Below are positions 9,753 to 19,600 of a stretch of 64,000 nucleotides of DNA, in pieces. The stretch lies in the IMG/VR virus record IMGVR_UViG_3300023179_009503, positions 10,615-74,614 of that record; one strand, given 5' to 3'. The position numbers and the translations under genes were made by a program. This stretch comes from a virus. Below the pieces are notes generated by a model. The model made no database searches. It saw only the letters and a list, made by a program, of their open reading frames with translations, and was not told the origin of the DNA. How positions within the stretch are numbered: the first letter of the stretch is position 1; every line of letters starts with the position of its first letter.

Positions 9753-11564
9753 TTAACTGCTATATTCTTTATAATCAACTCTCTTAGTAATACCGTTAGA
9801 TTTTTCTAAGAAGATGATATCTCCAGTAGCAGCTTTAATGCTTTCCTTTCTATGGCTAATAACCATTATGCATTCGTTATATTTTTCAACACGCTCCTTT
9901 AATATATTAATAACAAGCTCTACACCTCTTTCGTCTAAGCTTGAATCAAACAACTCATCATAGATACTAAAGTTAAACGTTACATCACCCTGTAATCTTC
10001 TAATATCCATAAATGTAAACAAGCATGCTAAATCTATATTTTTTCTCTCTGCGCCGCTAAAGTTAAAGTATGAGCAAGGCTTACCTCTACTGTCTATAAT
10101 CTCTTCTTCGAAATATTCATTAAACGTGCATATGCAATTGGCATCCATCTTCTTTAAATAATATGCTAGCTTACTGTTAAACAACTGAAGCATTTTTTTA
10201 ACAATATATGATTTTACACCTTCTTCTGAAACCACAAACTTAGCTATATCGAGCATATTAAGCTTATCTTTAATGACCTCTATTTGCGTTTTTACAGACT
10301 CCAGTCTATTCTTTTGTTCGGTTATAACATTATCAAATGTTTGATGATCAGATTCTAGCTCTTTTAAATCTTGCTCTAGTTCTTTTTGCCAGGAATTAAG
10401 CTGATCTAATCTTGAAGTTAAATTGTCCTTTTCTTTTACTTTATGCTGATATGACGAAAGATTATCTCTAAGCTTTTGAATCTTATCATCTATTTTACTT
10501 TGTAAAATAACAAATTGTTTTTCTTCTTCTTTAAGCTTAATAATTTTTTCTTCACACGTTTCTATCTCAAGATTAATTTTTTTCTTCTCGCTTTTAATAT
10601 GATTTCTATCTACGTCTTGTATAGTTCTTAAGCATGTTGGACATACGTCTTTATCTGTTCCAACTGACGTCATCTTCTTATTTGCTTGAGAAATAAGCGT
10701 TGTATTTTCAGAGATAGAATGACGTATCTCTTGCAGCTTTTTATCAGTTTTTAAACTATTAGATTCTTGTTCAGCTATATTTTTCTTTATTTCTTGCACG
10801 TCGGGTAAAGTAAATTTTTCTAACTTCTTATTAATTTCAGTAATTTCTTTCGAATTACTTTCCTGCCTACCAATATATTTGTCTTTCTTTCTTTGACGCT
10901 CCTGTGCTTGTAGCTCTTGTTGCTTTTGAAGAGATAGAATATTTTTTGATATCTCATCATGCTTAGTTGCTTCTAAATCAAACGTCTTTTTATTATCATT
11001 AACATCAGCTTTTAGAATGTCTAGCATCTCACCAAATATGCCTAGATTAAAAATATCTTCAATAAACTTTCTTTTCTCTAGCTTCTTCTTAGCCATGAAA
11101 GGTACAACATTATTAATCGTCATAATAACACAGTTCTGAAATACTTCTGTATTACTATTAAACTTTGTAGCTATAAACAAATTAGTATTCGAAATGCTAT
11201 CTCTCGTCTTATCTTCACCGTTTACATATACATAGCACTTTGAAGGCTCTAGTGTTCGTATGATTTGTATCTCTTCTTTACTATCAAGATTAGAGACAGT
11301 TGCATCTAAAATAATCTCGCAATTTTTACGATTAATGTTATTAATAATATTTTCTTTTTTAAGATCTCGTAATGTTTCGCCAAATACTGCAAAATATATA
11401 GCATCTGCAACAGTAGACTTCCCTACACCGTTTCTTCTATCTTCCTTATCTTTATTAATACCGGTAATGATGTGAATTCCTTTCTTAAAATCGACCACGA
11501 CCGGTTGATTGCCTACAGAAAGAAAGTTCTTAATACTAATCTTATTAAAACTAATATACTTCAT
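9753..11564 (-). CDS. gp46: SbcC/Rad50-like recombination ATPase (gp46)
   Basis: NGVGKST Walker A, CPTC hook, FSGAE signature, YDELFDSSLD, ISH. Confidence 0.95.
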   Translation of the reverse strand: MKYISFNKISIKNFLSVGNQPVVVDFKKGIHIITGINKDKEDRRNGVGKSTVADAIYFAVFGETLRDLKKENIINNINRKNCEIILDATVSNLDSKEEIQIIRTLEPSKCYVYVNGEDKTRDSISNTNLFIATKFNSNTEVFQNCVIMTINNVVPFMAKKKLEKRKFIEDIFNLGIFGEMLDILKADVNDNKKTFDLEATKHDEISKNILSLQKQQELQAQERQRKKDKYIGRQESNSKEITEINKKLEKFTLPDVQEIKKNIAEQESNSLKTDKKLQEIRHSISENTTLISQANKKMTSVGTDKDVCPTCLRTIQDVDRNHIKSEKKKINLEIETCEEKIIKLKEEEKQFVILQSKIDDKIQKLRDNLSSYQHKVKEKDNLTSRLDQLNSWQKELEQDLKELESDHQTFDNVITEQKNRLESVKTQIEVIKDKLNMLDIAKFVVSEEGVKSYIVKKMLQLFNSKLAYYLKKMDANCICTFNEYFEEEIIDSRGKPCSYFNFSGAERKNIDLACLFTFMDIRRLQGDVTFNFSIYDELFDSSLDERGVELVINILKERVEKYNECIMVISHRKESIKAATGDIIFLEKSNGITKRVDYKEYSS

Positions 11565-12625
11565 CTTTGTGTGGCTTTCTTATAGAGCTCTAAGCAATAA
11601 CGAGACACATCATTCTTTTTATCTATATCTAATAATGTAATAAATTCTTCTATTGCTTTACTCATGTCTACCCCAGATAAATCGTAGGATTGCTCTTCAT
11701 TAACTGTAATAGAACTATCATATAAAGAGTAATCTACAGATAGGTTAAATGGTTTATATGTAGAGATTTTTTGTATTAGTAATTCAATATTATCACTAGA
11801 GATTTTTTTATCTACCTGAAGTTTAACAATATTATTACCAACAAACTCTTTTACTTCTGTTGCGCTTAAAGATTTAAAATTTAATAATTCAGTAATAGTC
11901 AATTTTCTATGTTTTGGAGAATGCGAATTCTCATAAAAATTATAACTTAAATCATTAAAGTCTAAAATATAATAACCCTTAGAAGAACCAGTATCGCCGA
12001 AATCCATTTCAAAGGGGTTGCCTACATATATAATAGTTTTATCACCGTACTTTCTTTCATCCCTAAGATGAAAATGCCCAGTCATAATTAAATTTGCTTT
12101 TGTTAGAAGCTCAGATGTTTTAATACCGTGATCACAGTGTTTATGGCTATTCATTTTGAAGCTCTCAATCTCTAAGTGACCAAACAATACATCTGAAGTC
12201 TTTATATTTTTTAGACCGACTCCCCAAGGTAGAAATGTAGCTGTCTTGCCAATAATTGTATAGGTTGTAGGTTCGCTAACTACAAGAATATTCTTCCAAC
12301 CGTCTAAAATAGAAAGTGAATTAACGTCTGATCTGTCTTTATAAAAAGAGTCATGATTACCAACTAAAATAACAATATTAAACTCATTCCAAATCTTAAG
12401 AATCTGATTAACAACGTGAATCGTATTTACTGCAATTTCGTCCCTGTAATGATATAGATCACCCAATATAAAAATATCTTTTATCTTTTTCTTGTTAAGT
12501 TCTTCTTTAAGCCAGATAGCCCACTTAAGAGCAGTTTCATGCCAAAAAATACTGTTTTGATGTACGCCTATATGTAGATCAGCAATACAACAAACTTTAT
12601 CTGATTTAAGTGTAAGTTCCTTCAC
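11561..12625 (-). CDS. gp47: SbcD/Mre11-like nuclease (gp47)
   Basis: DLHIG, GDLYH, GNHD, GHLE, GHFH metallophosphoesterase motifs. Confidence 0.95.
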   Translation of the reverse strand: MKELTLKSDKVCCIADLHIGVHQNSIFWHETALKWAIWLKEELNKKKIKDIFILGDLYHYRDEIAVNTIHVVNQILKIWNEFNIVILVGNHDSFYKDRSDVNSLSILDGWKNILVVSEPTTYTIIGKTATFLPWGVGLKNIKTSDVLFGHLEIESFKMNSHKHCDHGIKTSELLTKANLIMTGHFHLRDERKYGDKTIIYVGNPFEMDFGDTGSSKGYYILDFNDLSYNFYENSHSPKHRKLTITELLNFKSLSATEVKEFVGNNIVKLQVDKKISSDNIELLIQKISTYKPFNLSVDYSLYDSSITVNEEQSYDLSGVDMSKAIEEFITLLDIDKKNDVSRYCLELYKKATQR

Positions 12626-13242
12626 CCAGTCGAGTTATAGTTATCATCTGTTGGTTCAACATAGATATGTGCATTACCTGCAACATCAGGATCGAGCATT
12701 AAATCGGTATAAACCTTTTCTCTATACTCATTAAGTACGGCGTGATGTTTATTTTCTTTCTTAATTCTATTAATAAACGCATGAAAGGCAATGGTTGTAA
12801 AATACGAGAATGGGCTAAACCCTGTATCAAGTTTAAACTTCTTATTTCTTAATGCGGAAAACATCTTAACAATAGCATCACCTATCATGTCATCTTTATA
12901 AGAGTAGTTAATAAAATTAGGTGCATAAGAAAGACCGTGAGCAATTTTAGTAATACTCTCTCCTAACTTTTGCGTAACATTGCCAGATTTATAGTAACGT
13001 CTAATTTCTTCTTCAAATTCTTTACCGTTAACATAATGAACCTTGTCTTTACCCTTCTTAACTGGTTCAGCAACTGCTGGTAAAGTACCTGTCTTAAGCA
13101 ACTTTTTAAGCTCTGGATCATTCTCAACAGATTCATCTATATCTGTATCGATATCTTCTTTTAAAGCTTTCTCAGGCTTCTTAGAAGCTTTTTTAAGCTT
13201 CTTGGATTTCTTTAATGGTGTGTTTGATTTGTTCTTTTTCAT
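12622..13242 (-). CDS. gp55: Late-transcription sigma factor (gp55)
   Basis: HYVNGKEF...PNFINYSYKDDMIGDA...PFSYFTTIAFHAFINRIKKE; position next to gp47. Confidence 0.92.
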   Translation of the reverse strand: MKKNKSNTPLKKSKKLKKASKKPEKALKEDIDTDIDESVENDPELKKLLKTGTLPAVAEPVKKGKDKVHYVNGKEFEEEIRRYYKSGNVTQKLGESITKIAHGLSYAPNFINYSYKDDMIGDAIVKMFSALRNKKFKLDTGFSPFSYFTTIAFHAFINRIKKENKHHAVLNEYREKVYTDLMLDPDVAGNAHIYVEPTDDNYNSTG

Positions 13243-14653
13243 ATAAAAGAATTCTTTTATCCATATGCAGTGAGCTATATTTCAAGTCATCTGCAATATC
13301 GAATATTATAAGCTTATCCTTATCCTTATGCAAGCGAAGGCCTCTACCTATTGATTGTACAATTTTAATTTTAGCTTTGCCGCCGCATGCAAAAATAATA
13401 TAATGAAGGTTTTTAATATTAATACCGGTAGAAAATATTTTAGAAATAGCTACCACTACTACATCATTATACTCTTCCATTAGTCGTCGTATTTTTTCCC
13501 TTTCAGTTACCTCTACTTCACCGCGAATAAAATAACACTGTTTCTCCGGGCAAACAGTTTTTATTGTTTTATATAATGCTTCACCATGCTCAATGTAGTC
13601 AACGAGAATAAGAGAATTGTTGTTTAATTTACAAGCTACTTTACCGATAACATTATTTCTAAACGTGTTGCGCATTAAAAAGCGCTGTTCTTCTCTATAC
13701 AAATTAGAAGAAGATATTACTACATCTTTAAAAGGATCTTCTTTATAAATAATTTTTAAAATTTGTACTAGGACATTGCTAACAAAATTTTCTAATCTCA
13801 ATTCATAGCTATTTTTTTCATAAATGATCGGTCCAATCTTTCCTATAATATTCCATTGATCGAGTAAATTCTCGGGCATAGTGCCAGTAAACCCAAATCT
13901 TACTGGTGTTTTAATTCTTTTAATAATTTTATTAACTTCATTTCCTCTTCTAATTTTATGAACTTCGTCAACAATTAATACATCAATATTTTCTAACCAT
14001 GTCAAATCTGTATTTTTACTCTGAAGTATTCCTAAGTTTGCTATTGTAACATTCTTAATATTTTCATCTAAGGGACAATTACCTGTCCATTTACCAACGC
14101 TAAAAGATACATTGTAGTTTTTAAAATCGCTTGATGTTTGTTCAACAAGCCCTAAATCTGGAACAATATATAAGCATTTAAATTCAGAGCCGTATAAAAG
14201 AAATAACTTTGTAAGTAAAGATGCTGCTGTAAGGGTTTTACCTCCGGCAGTTGCTAGTACTATTGTCCCTCTACCTATAGCTAGAGCTTTCTTAACAATC
14301 TCTTCTTGGTAGTCCCTAAGAGGTAAAGAAAGCGGTACTATATCTGTATTAAATTGTGTATTTGTTTTCCATGATTGAGAAGGGCTAATGACATTAAAAA
14401 GAGATTCGTCTGTATTAACATTACCTACATATTGTTGACTGGTAAGATATTTTCTTATTTCATAATAAAGCCCAGGCTCAAATTTGCCTGCAGGTGTAAT
14501 AGCGTAAGTGCGTTGCGGAAGAAATCTGCCATACTTTTTTCTCATAAAAAAAGCGGCCTCGTTTTTTACTGAAAAGTTTTCTCTTATGTCTTCAACCATT
14601 TCGCCGGTAATGACACCCATTCCCTTTTTAGCATCTAAGGAAAAATTAATCAT
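13193..14653 (-). CDS. uvsW: SF2 DNA helicase UvsW
   Basis: LRDYQ, ATAGGKT, VDEVH, GFTGT, FSTGINI, QSIGRGLR. Confidence 0.93.
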   Translation of the reverse strand: MINFSLDAKKGMGVITGEMVEDIRENFSVKNEAAFFMRKKYGRFLPQRTYAITPAGKFEPGLYYEIRKYLTSQQYVGNVNTDESLFNVISPSQSWKTNTQFNTDIVPLSLPLRDYQEEIVKKALAIGRGTIVLATAGGKTLTAASLLTKLFLLYGSEFKCLYIVPDLGLVEQTSSDFKNYNVSFSVGKWTGNCPLDENIKNVTIANLGILQSKNTDLTWLENIDVLIVDEVHKIRRGNEVNKIIKRIKTPVRFGFTGTMPENLLDQWNIIGKIGPIIYEKNSYELRLENFVSNVLVQILKIIYKEDPFKDVVISSSNLYREEQRFLMRNTFRNNVIGKVACKLNNNSLILVDYIEHGEALYKTIKTVCPEKQCYFIRGEVEVTEREKIRRLMEEYNDVVVVAISKIFSTGINIKNLHYIIFACGGKAKIKIVQSIGRGLRLHKDKDKLIIFDIADDLKYSSLHMDKRILLYEKEQIKHTIKEIQEA

Positions 14654-15042
14654 GTCGTTTCTAGTTTGATAATATCAATTATATTCTTTAAATCGTAAGA
14701 TGTAGAGCTTAAGGTCTTTTCTGACTTTTCTAATAATTCTACAACCAACTCTAGTTGTTTAATATTATTATCCATATCAACTAATTCGCTATGCTTTTCA
14801 ACTGTACGCTCAGCGACTGGTAAATTAAGTTTTACAGGGCTTTGTTCTTGAAGCTTCTCTACTAAAGTTCTTTTAAGTAAATCACGCTTTTTACGTAAAT
14901 CGTTAAGCTCTAACTTGTGACGTATACATCTGCCCGCCCACTTATGCTTTACACCAGGTAATCTAAGTTGATAGTCTTTTAGCTCTAACTCACTTATTTT
15001 TAAGTCGTTTTCTAGCTCTTTTATGTAATCTTCTAGTAGCAT
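14650..15042 (-). CDS. uvsY: Recombination mediator UvsY-like
   Basis: Helical ~130-aa protein directly upstream of uvsW; start moved to MLLEDY. Confidence 0.75.
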   Translation of the reverse strand: MLLEDYIKELENDLKISELELKDYQLRLPGVKHKWAGRCIRHKLELNDLRKKRDLLKRTLVEKLQEQSPVKLNLPVAERTVEKHSELVDMDNNIKQLELVVELLEKSEKTLSSTSYDLKNIIDIIKLETT

Positions 15043-15068
15043 TAACTTAAATAATAGTATATAGTTAT

Positions 15069-15332
15069 ATGAAATCAATAGGTCTATTCGAGTCTAGATT
15101 TTTAAGCCTTTTAGAACAAAATGTAGCTGGAGGTGGGGGTAGCGTTTTTGGTGTAGGGCCTGGTGGCGCTCCTGGGCAATACGGTAATCAATTCCCTTCT
15201 CAAAACGATACAGCCTATGCTCCAGGTGATGCTCGTATCCCAAAATTTTTAGGCTCAAAAAAGAAAAGAGGCAAAAAAGGTCCTTTTATACAGCGTAGGC
15301 CGCTTCCTGGATTAGAGCTAAAAAATAATTAA
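15069..15332 (+). CDS. Small protein carrying a copy of the major capsid protein N-arm
   Basis: Residues 38-59 YGNQFPSQNDTAYAPGDARIPK match gp23 residues 81-102; Lys/Arg-rich tail. Confidence 0.85.
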   Translation: MKSIGLFESRFLSLLEQNVAGGGGSVFGVGPGGAPGQYGNQFPSQNDTAYAPGDARIPKFLGSKKKRGKKGPFIQRRPLPGLELKNN

Positions 15333-15340
15333 GTAACTAC

Positions 15341-15766
15341 GTGGAACTAGGACACTGGATTTTAAGTGAAGGAATAACTATAGACGAAAATACCTTTGGG
15401 TTTATATATGAAATAACAAATACGGTTACAAATAAAAAGTATATTGGTAAAAAACAATGTAAATCAAAATTAAAAAGAAAACCATTAAAGGGTAAAAAAA
15501 ATAAAAGAATTGAAATAAAAGAATCGGATTGGAGAGAATATACAAGTTCTTCGACAGAGTTAAATGAAGACATTGTTAAGTATGGCAAATCTAAATTTAT
15601 TTTTAAAATACTTAAAACTTGCGGATCTAAGTGGGAATTAGCTTATAAAGAAATTTCAGAACAAATATCAAAACAAGTTCTACTTAGAGATGATTACTAT
15701 AATGGAATTATAAACGTAAGAATTGGACGTCCTCCAAAAAATTATCTTGAAAAGATTTTAGGTTGA
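15341..15766 (+). CDS. GIY-YIG domain nuclease (single domain)
   Basis: GFIYEITN...KKYIGKK...Y.SS...E...YYN. Confidence 0.8.
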   Translation: MELGHWILSEGITIDENTFGFIYEITNTVTNKKYIGKKQCKSKLKRKPLKGKKNKRIEIKESDWREYTSSSTELNEDIVKYGKSKFIFKILKTCGSKWELAYKEISEQISKQVLLRDDYYNGIINVRIGRPPKNYLEKILG

Positions 15767-15780
15767 GCCATAATCCAATA

Positions 15781-16341
15781 ATGGTTAGTCATCTAGAATT
15801 TAAGCAATATAATTTTAGAATTATAAATTTTAATTTTTTATTTAAGGATATTGAGACAAGTATAATAAATGACCTTCATAATTACGGTCTTTTAAAGGAC
15901 AGAATTTCTTCTAATGCAAAGAAATTTTTTTATCATCATATTATTTTAGGTATTTGCGATTCTCTTTTAAAAAATAAAGTAAAAGAAAAGTCTATTATAT
16001 ACTTTAATAACACCCAACTAGGTTCGTATCAAATCTTAAAATACTTTAAAGAAGAAGATGTTTTAAAACTGCTTAATATAATTTTTAAACAAATTAAAAA
16101 ATTATTGCCTATTAAAATTTTTATATCATCAATTTCATTTGAGTTTCTTATCCATCTTCTACACAAAAACGACGGTAGAAGCGTAGAGCTTATAAACAAC
16201 ATAAGGACCTATTTAGACTCAGTAAATCTTGAGAATTATACATTTAGCAATATTAAAACATTTACAAAAAAATTTGGATTGGTATTTCTTAATAAAGAAT
16301 ACTTTAATCAATTAAAAGCAAAGCAACTTATTATTGTTTAA
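15781..16341 (+). CDS. Hypothetical protein
   Basis: ORF; start moved to ATG 15781, preceded by TTGAAA-N16-CATAAT-N6. Confidence 0.7.
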   Translation: MVSHLEFKQYNFRIINFNFLFKDIETSIINDLHNYGLLKDRISSNAKKFFYHHIILGICDSLLKNKVKEKSIIYFNNTQLGSYQILKYFKEEDVLKLLNIIFKQIKKLLPIKIFISSISFEFLIHLLHKNDGRSVELINNIRTYLDSVNLENYTFSNIKTFTKKFGLVFLNKEYFNQLKAKQLIIV

Positions 16342-16357
16342 TTTAATAAATAATAAT

Positions 16358-16804
16358 ATGACATTTACTGACAAGCTTAATGCATTGTTAAATACATTAA
16401 CAGAAGCGCCTCAACAAGATACAAATACACAGGATGCTGCAGCTCCTGCTCCTGCTGAAGAGCAACCTACTCCTGCTCAGCAGCCCGAACAAGCAGCTAT
16501 TCCCCCTGAAGGTTATGTAGATATGGTAAGGATGCTAGCTAAAGCATTAGTAATGAATATTCCTACTGGGACTATTGATTCGTTGTTCACAACCCCTATA
16601 ACTAAAGAAAACGCAACTACTGTTAGAGAAGGGCTTCAAAGCGCAATTAGATCTAGTGAAACTTCAGAAGATAATGCAATAAGATTGGGTAACCCCGCGT
16701 TTAAAAAATTCGAACAGTCAATAAATGAAAATAACTTTATGGCAAAGTATAAAGAAATTTTAAATGCTATGAAGAAATTTAGCAACGATCCTAAGCTGGG
16801 ATGA
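16358..16804 (+). CDS. Hypothetical, probable virion-internal protein
   Basis: TAAATA-N5-ATG at 16358; MTFTDKLNALLNTLTE|A propeptide-like N-terminus. Confidence 0.75.
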   Translation: MTFTDKLNALLNTLTEAPQQDTNTQDAAAPAPAEEQPTPAQQPEQAAIPPEGYVDMVRMLAKALVMNIPTGTIDSLFTTPITKENATTVREGLQSAIRSSETSEDNAIRLGNPAFKKFEQSINENNFMAKYKEILNAMKKFSNDPKLG

Positions 16805-16805
16805 T

Positions 16806-18392
16806 ATGGCTATCAAAAAAAATAAAAAGCCTTACAGGCCTTTATCTGAAATTTATTTAAAAGAGTCGTTTGCAAGACCTGTACCTTTGCTTCCTAGACA
16901 AACAATTTTAGGGGAAGCAAATGGAATGGCTGAAATATTAATTCAAAAAGACACCGGTGAAGATTTACCAGTATATAAAGTTCCTAATGAAGTGGCTGAT
17001 GAGGTTCTTAAGCGAATTAAAAGAGCAGAACAACAGTTAGGAGATAAAGAAGGGTTTACTGTTGATAAAATTATAGCCCAATGCTTAGAGCTAGACGGTT
17101 GGGCTGGTGAAGGCAAAGGTCAAAACAGTTCAGTATTTAGAGAGGTCGTCAATGCATTTAATGCAGTTGAGCTCAACTATAAAGAATTTAATAAGTTATT
17201 ATCTTTGCAAACGGATAAAGATAATCCTGTAAGAACTGTTTTACTTAATGACTTAAAGCCACATAGTATGGTTGAACTTCTTTCAGACAAATTTAAAGCT
17301 CTTTTTGCTGATCCTGCAGGAGCATTAACTGTACTGCAATCGCTTTGGAGATTAATACCTGATGGTGGTAAAAATGTAAATGTAGGTCCTGGAGAGCTAG
17401 CTTTAACATTAATTAGCGATGCAGTAAAAGGTAAAGAGGGAGACTTACAGTTTGATTTTGGATTAGTTGAAGTTAAAGGTAATAACGCAGCTTTAGGTTC
17501 CGGTAAATATGCAGTGGTTAATACTTATGAAGAGCTTAATAGAATTATGGCTTCTAAAATAGGCGGTGCATCTGTACGGGCTATAAATATCGATAGGCAA
17601 AAATCTATAATCTTAAATTTAATAGATGAACTTATAGCTCAATATGATAAATTTGTTGCAGACCCTGCATCGGTTAAAGCAACGCCTGCAGATACACAAT
17701 TGCATGTAAAAACTAGAGAGTTGCTTAAAAATCTTAAAATAAAAGCAAGCCAAGCTAAGAGTTTTCAGGAACTTGTAAGTGATGTACAAAACTCAGATCT
17801 TAAAGAAGTTAAAAAAACAAGAACAAAGACTCTTCCTGGAGAAAAGGCTATCCTTTTAAAAGAATTAGAATTATTAAGACGTGTAGAAGCAGGTGAGGTA
17901 ACCTCTATAGCCGGGGGTGAGAAAAGTAGATTTAACCCCGCAGTAAATGCATTTTTTAGTAATCCTAACCTTTCCGAAGAAAACAAATTGGAAGGAATAA
18001 AATTTATTGTTTCTGATGAAAAAACTAATAAAGATGAGGTAGCAGAAGTTGCAAAAGAGCTACTTTCATCTTACCCAGATTTATTGACATGGAAAAGTGT
18101 AGGTAAGTCTTATGAGGGCGATTCAACTTCGGATTTAAATAGGTTTATAGGTGCAGTACACTTAGCTGAATATCAACAAGAAAAGAAGTTTAAATACATA
18201 ATATTTTTTAATGCAGATAGAAAAGATATAAATAAATTGCCTACTAGAATAGTTGCGCTTAGTTTTGCTAACAGCTCATTTAAAGAAGATGTAAAGAGAG
18301 TATTCGAGTTTTTTAAAGATAAAGATATTAATGCTTCAGTAAAACTGGGTATCGATAATACTAGAGGGACCGTAAGGATTGCAATATCATGA
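16806..18392 (+). CDS. Hypothetical protein with PD-(D/E)XK-like nuclease motif
   Basis: GPGELAL...GDLQ...VEVKG; N-terminal YLKE|S. Confidence 0.6.
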   Translation: MAIKKNKKPYRPLSEIYLKESFARPVPLLPRQTILGEANGMAEILIQKDTGEDLPVYKVPNEVADEVLKRIKRAEQQLGDKEGFTVDKIIAQCLELDGWAGEGKGQNSSVFREVVNAFNAVELNYKEFNKLLSLQTDKDNPVRTVLLNDLKPHSMVELLSDKFKALFADPAGALTVLQSLWRLIPDGGKNVNVGPGELALTLISDAVKGKEGDLQFDFGLVEVKGNNAALGSGKYAVVNTYEELNRIMASKIGGASVRAINIDRQKSIILNLIDELIAQYDKFVADPASVKATPADTQLHVKTRELLKNLKIKASQAKSFQELVSDVQNSDLKEVKKTRTKTLPGEKAILLKELELLRRVEAGEVTSIAGGEKSRFNPAVNAFFSNPNLSEENKLEGIKFIVSDEKTNKDEVAEVAKELLSSYPDLLTWKSVGKSYEGDSTSDLNRFIGAVHLAEYQQEKKFKYIIFFNADRKDINKLPTRIVALSFANSSFKEDVKRVFEFFKDKDINASVKLGIDNTRGTVRIAIS

Positions 18393-19600
18393 TATCTTTT
18401 AAGCAATTTGTTCTTGAAGGAGGTGCAGCTGGTCATATGGCTCATCCGTTTGATTTGCCTAATGTAAATTCTGGCAAAGATCTTATTAATTTTTTTAATA
18501 AAGCTATTACCAGCTTAACAAAAAAGCCTGCTTCTGTAAAAATTGACGGTGTAAACACTTCTATTAAGCTAATTACGAATAGTGAGGGTAAAAAAGAGTT
18601 TGCTATGGATAGAGGCTCAAATAAACCTGAAGATATAGAAGGTGTTACAATAGCAAGATTAAGTCAAAGATTTCCTGAAGGGCATGGTATGTTAGAAACC
18701 GGTAAAACTGTTTTATCTATCTTCAATTCAGCTCTACCAAATATAGAGAAAGATTTAAAGAAATTAAAAATGTGGGATAATCCAAATATTCTTTTTAATA
18801 TGGAATTTGTTAAAGGCTCTACTAATGTTATAGGCTATGCAACTAACTTTGTAGCAATTCATGGGTTAAACGAAATTATTAAAGTCAAAAGTCCTGTTAG
18901 AGGCAGTGTGAGTAGAGCTTCAAGAGAAATAACTTATGATAAAAAAGCATTGCAGAGTTTAATAGAAAAAGTTAATCCTATTGCTAGAAAGCAAGGTTTT
19001 GATGTGGAGCATGAATTTACTATAAACTTAAAAGAAAAAGTCAATTTTAATAATGCGCTTGATTCCGATTTTACAGTAAATTACGATTCAAAAAACGCGA
19101 TTAAACAGCCCTTAAAAAATTGGCTTGCAAAAGCAAAGAACCCTAGAGCAGAAAAAATAAAATTAACTTCCGGAAAAACTATAAGCGCTATGAGCTTAGA
19201 AAACTTTAAAAATATATCTAGCGGTGTTCCTATGGATCATTATATCGGTAATAACAAAAAAGATATTGAAAAGGCTGTAAACGGTGCAGTATTTTATCAA
19301 GCAACAATTTTACTTGGTGATGCAGTAAAAAATGCTGCATCTTCTGCTTTAGGTTCTTTATCAGCACAAGAAGGTATAGTAATAAGAGATCCTTCAATTT
19401 CTAGCGCACCGGTTAAAATTACTGGAAGTTTTATAACGGGTAAAGAAGCTAGCAAATTCAGAAAGCAAGAAAATGAAGAGGGTATAAAAGGTGTTATATC
19501 TAATACCAATACTGTTTTAAACAAAACTAATTATCAAACTAACCCACCTTTTGGTAAGGAAGGTGCTAGATTAGTACAAACACCTGGAGTACAACTATGA
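18389..19600 (+). CDS. ATP-dependent (RNA) ligase-like nucleotidyltransferase, DUF6267-like
   Basis: Ligase motifs I SVKIDG, III NMEF, IIIa FVAIH, IV EGIVIR, V VKITG; N-terminus MISFKQFVLE|GGAAGHM. Confidence 0.65.
   Translation: MISFKQFVLEGGAAGHMAHPFDLPNVNSGKDLINFFNKAITSLTKKPASVKIDGVNTSIKLITNSEGKKEFAMDRGSNKPEDIEGVTIARLSQRFPEGHGMLETGKTVLSIFNSALPNIEKDLKKLKMWDNPNILFNMEFVKGSTNVIGYATNFVAIHGLNEIIKVKSPVRGSVSRASREITYDKKALQSLIEKVNPIARKQGFDVEHEFTINLKEKVNFNNALDSDFTVNYDSKNAIKQPLKNWLAKAKNPRAEKIKLTSGKTISAMSLENFKNISSGVPMDHYIGNNKKDIEKAVNGAVFYQATILLGDAVKNAASSALGSLSAQEGIVIRDPSISSAPVKITGSFITGKEASKFRKQENEEGIKGVISNTNTVLNKTNYQTNPPFGKEGARLVQTPGVQL

Noticed and set aside
15341-15766. Mobile homing endonuclease or intron
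   Set aside because: Catalytic domain only, no DNA-binding repeats, not interrupting a gene, no intron structure seen.
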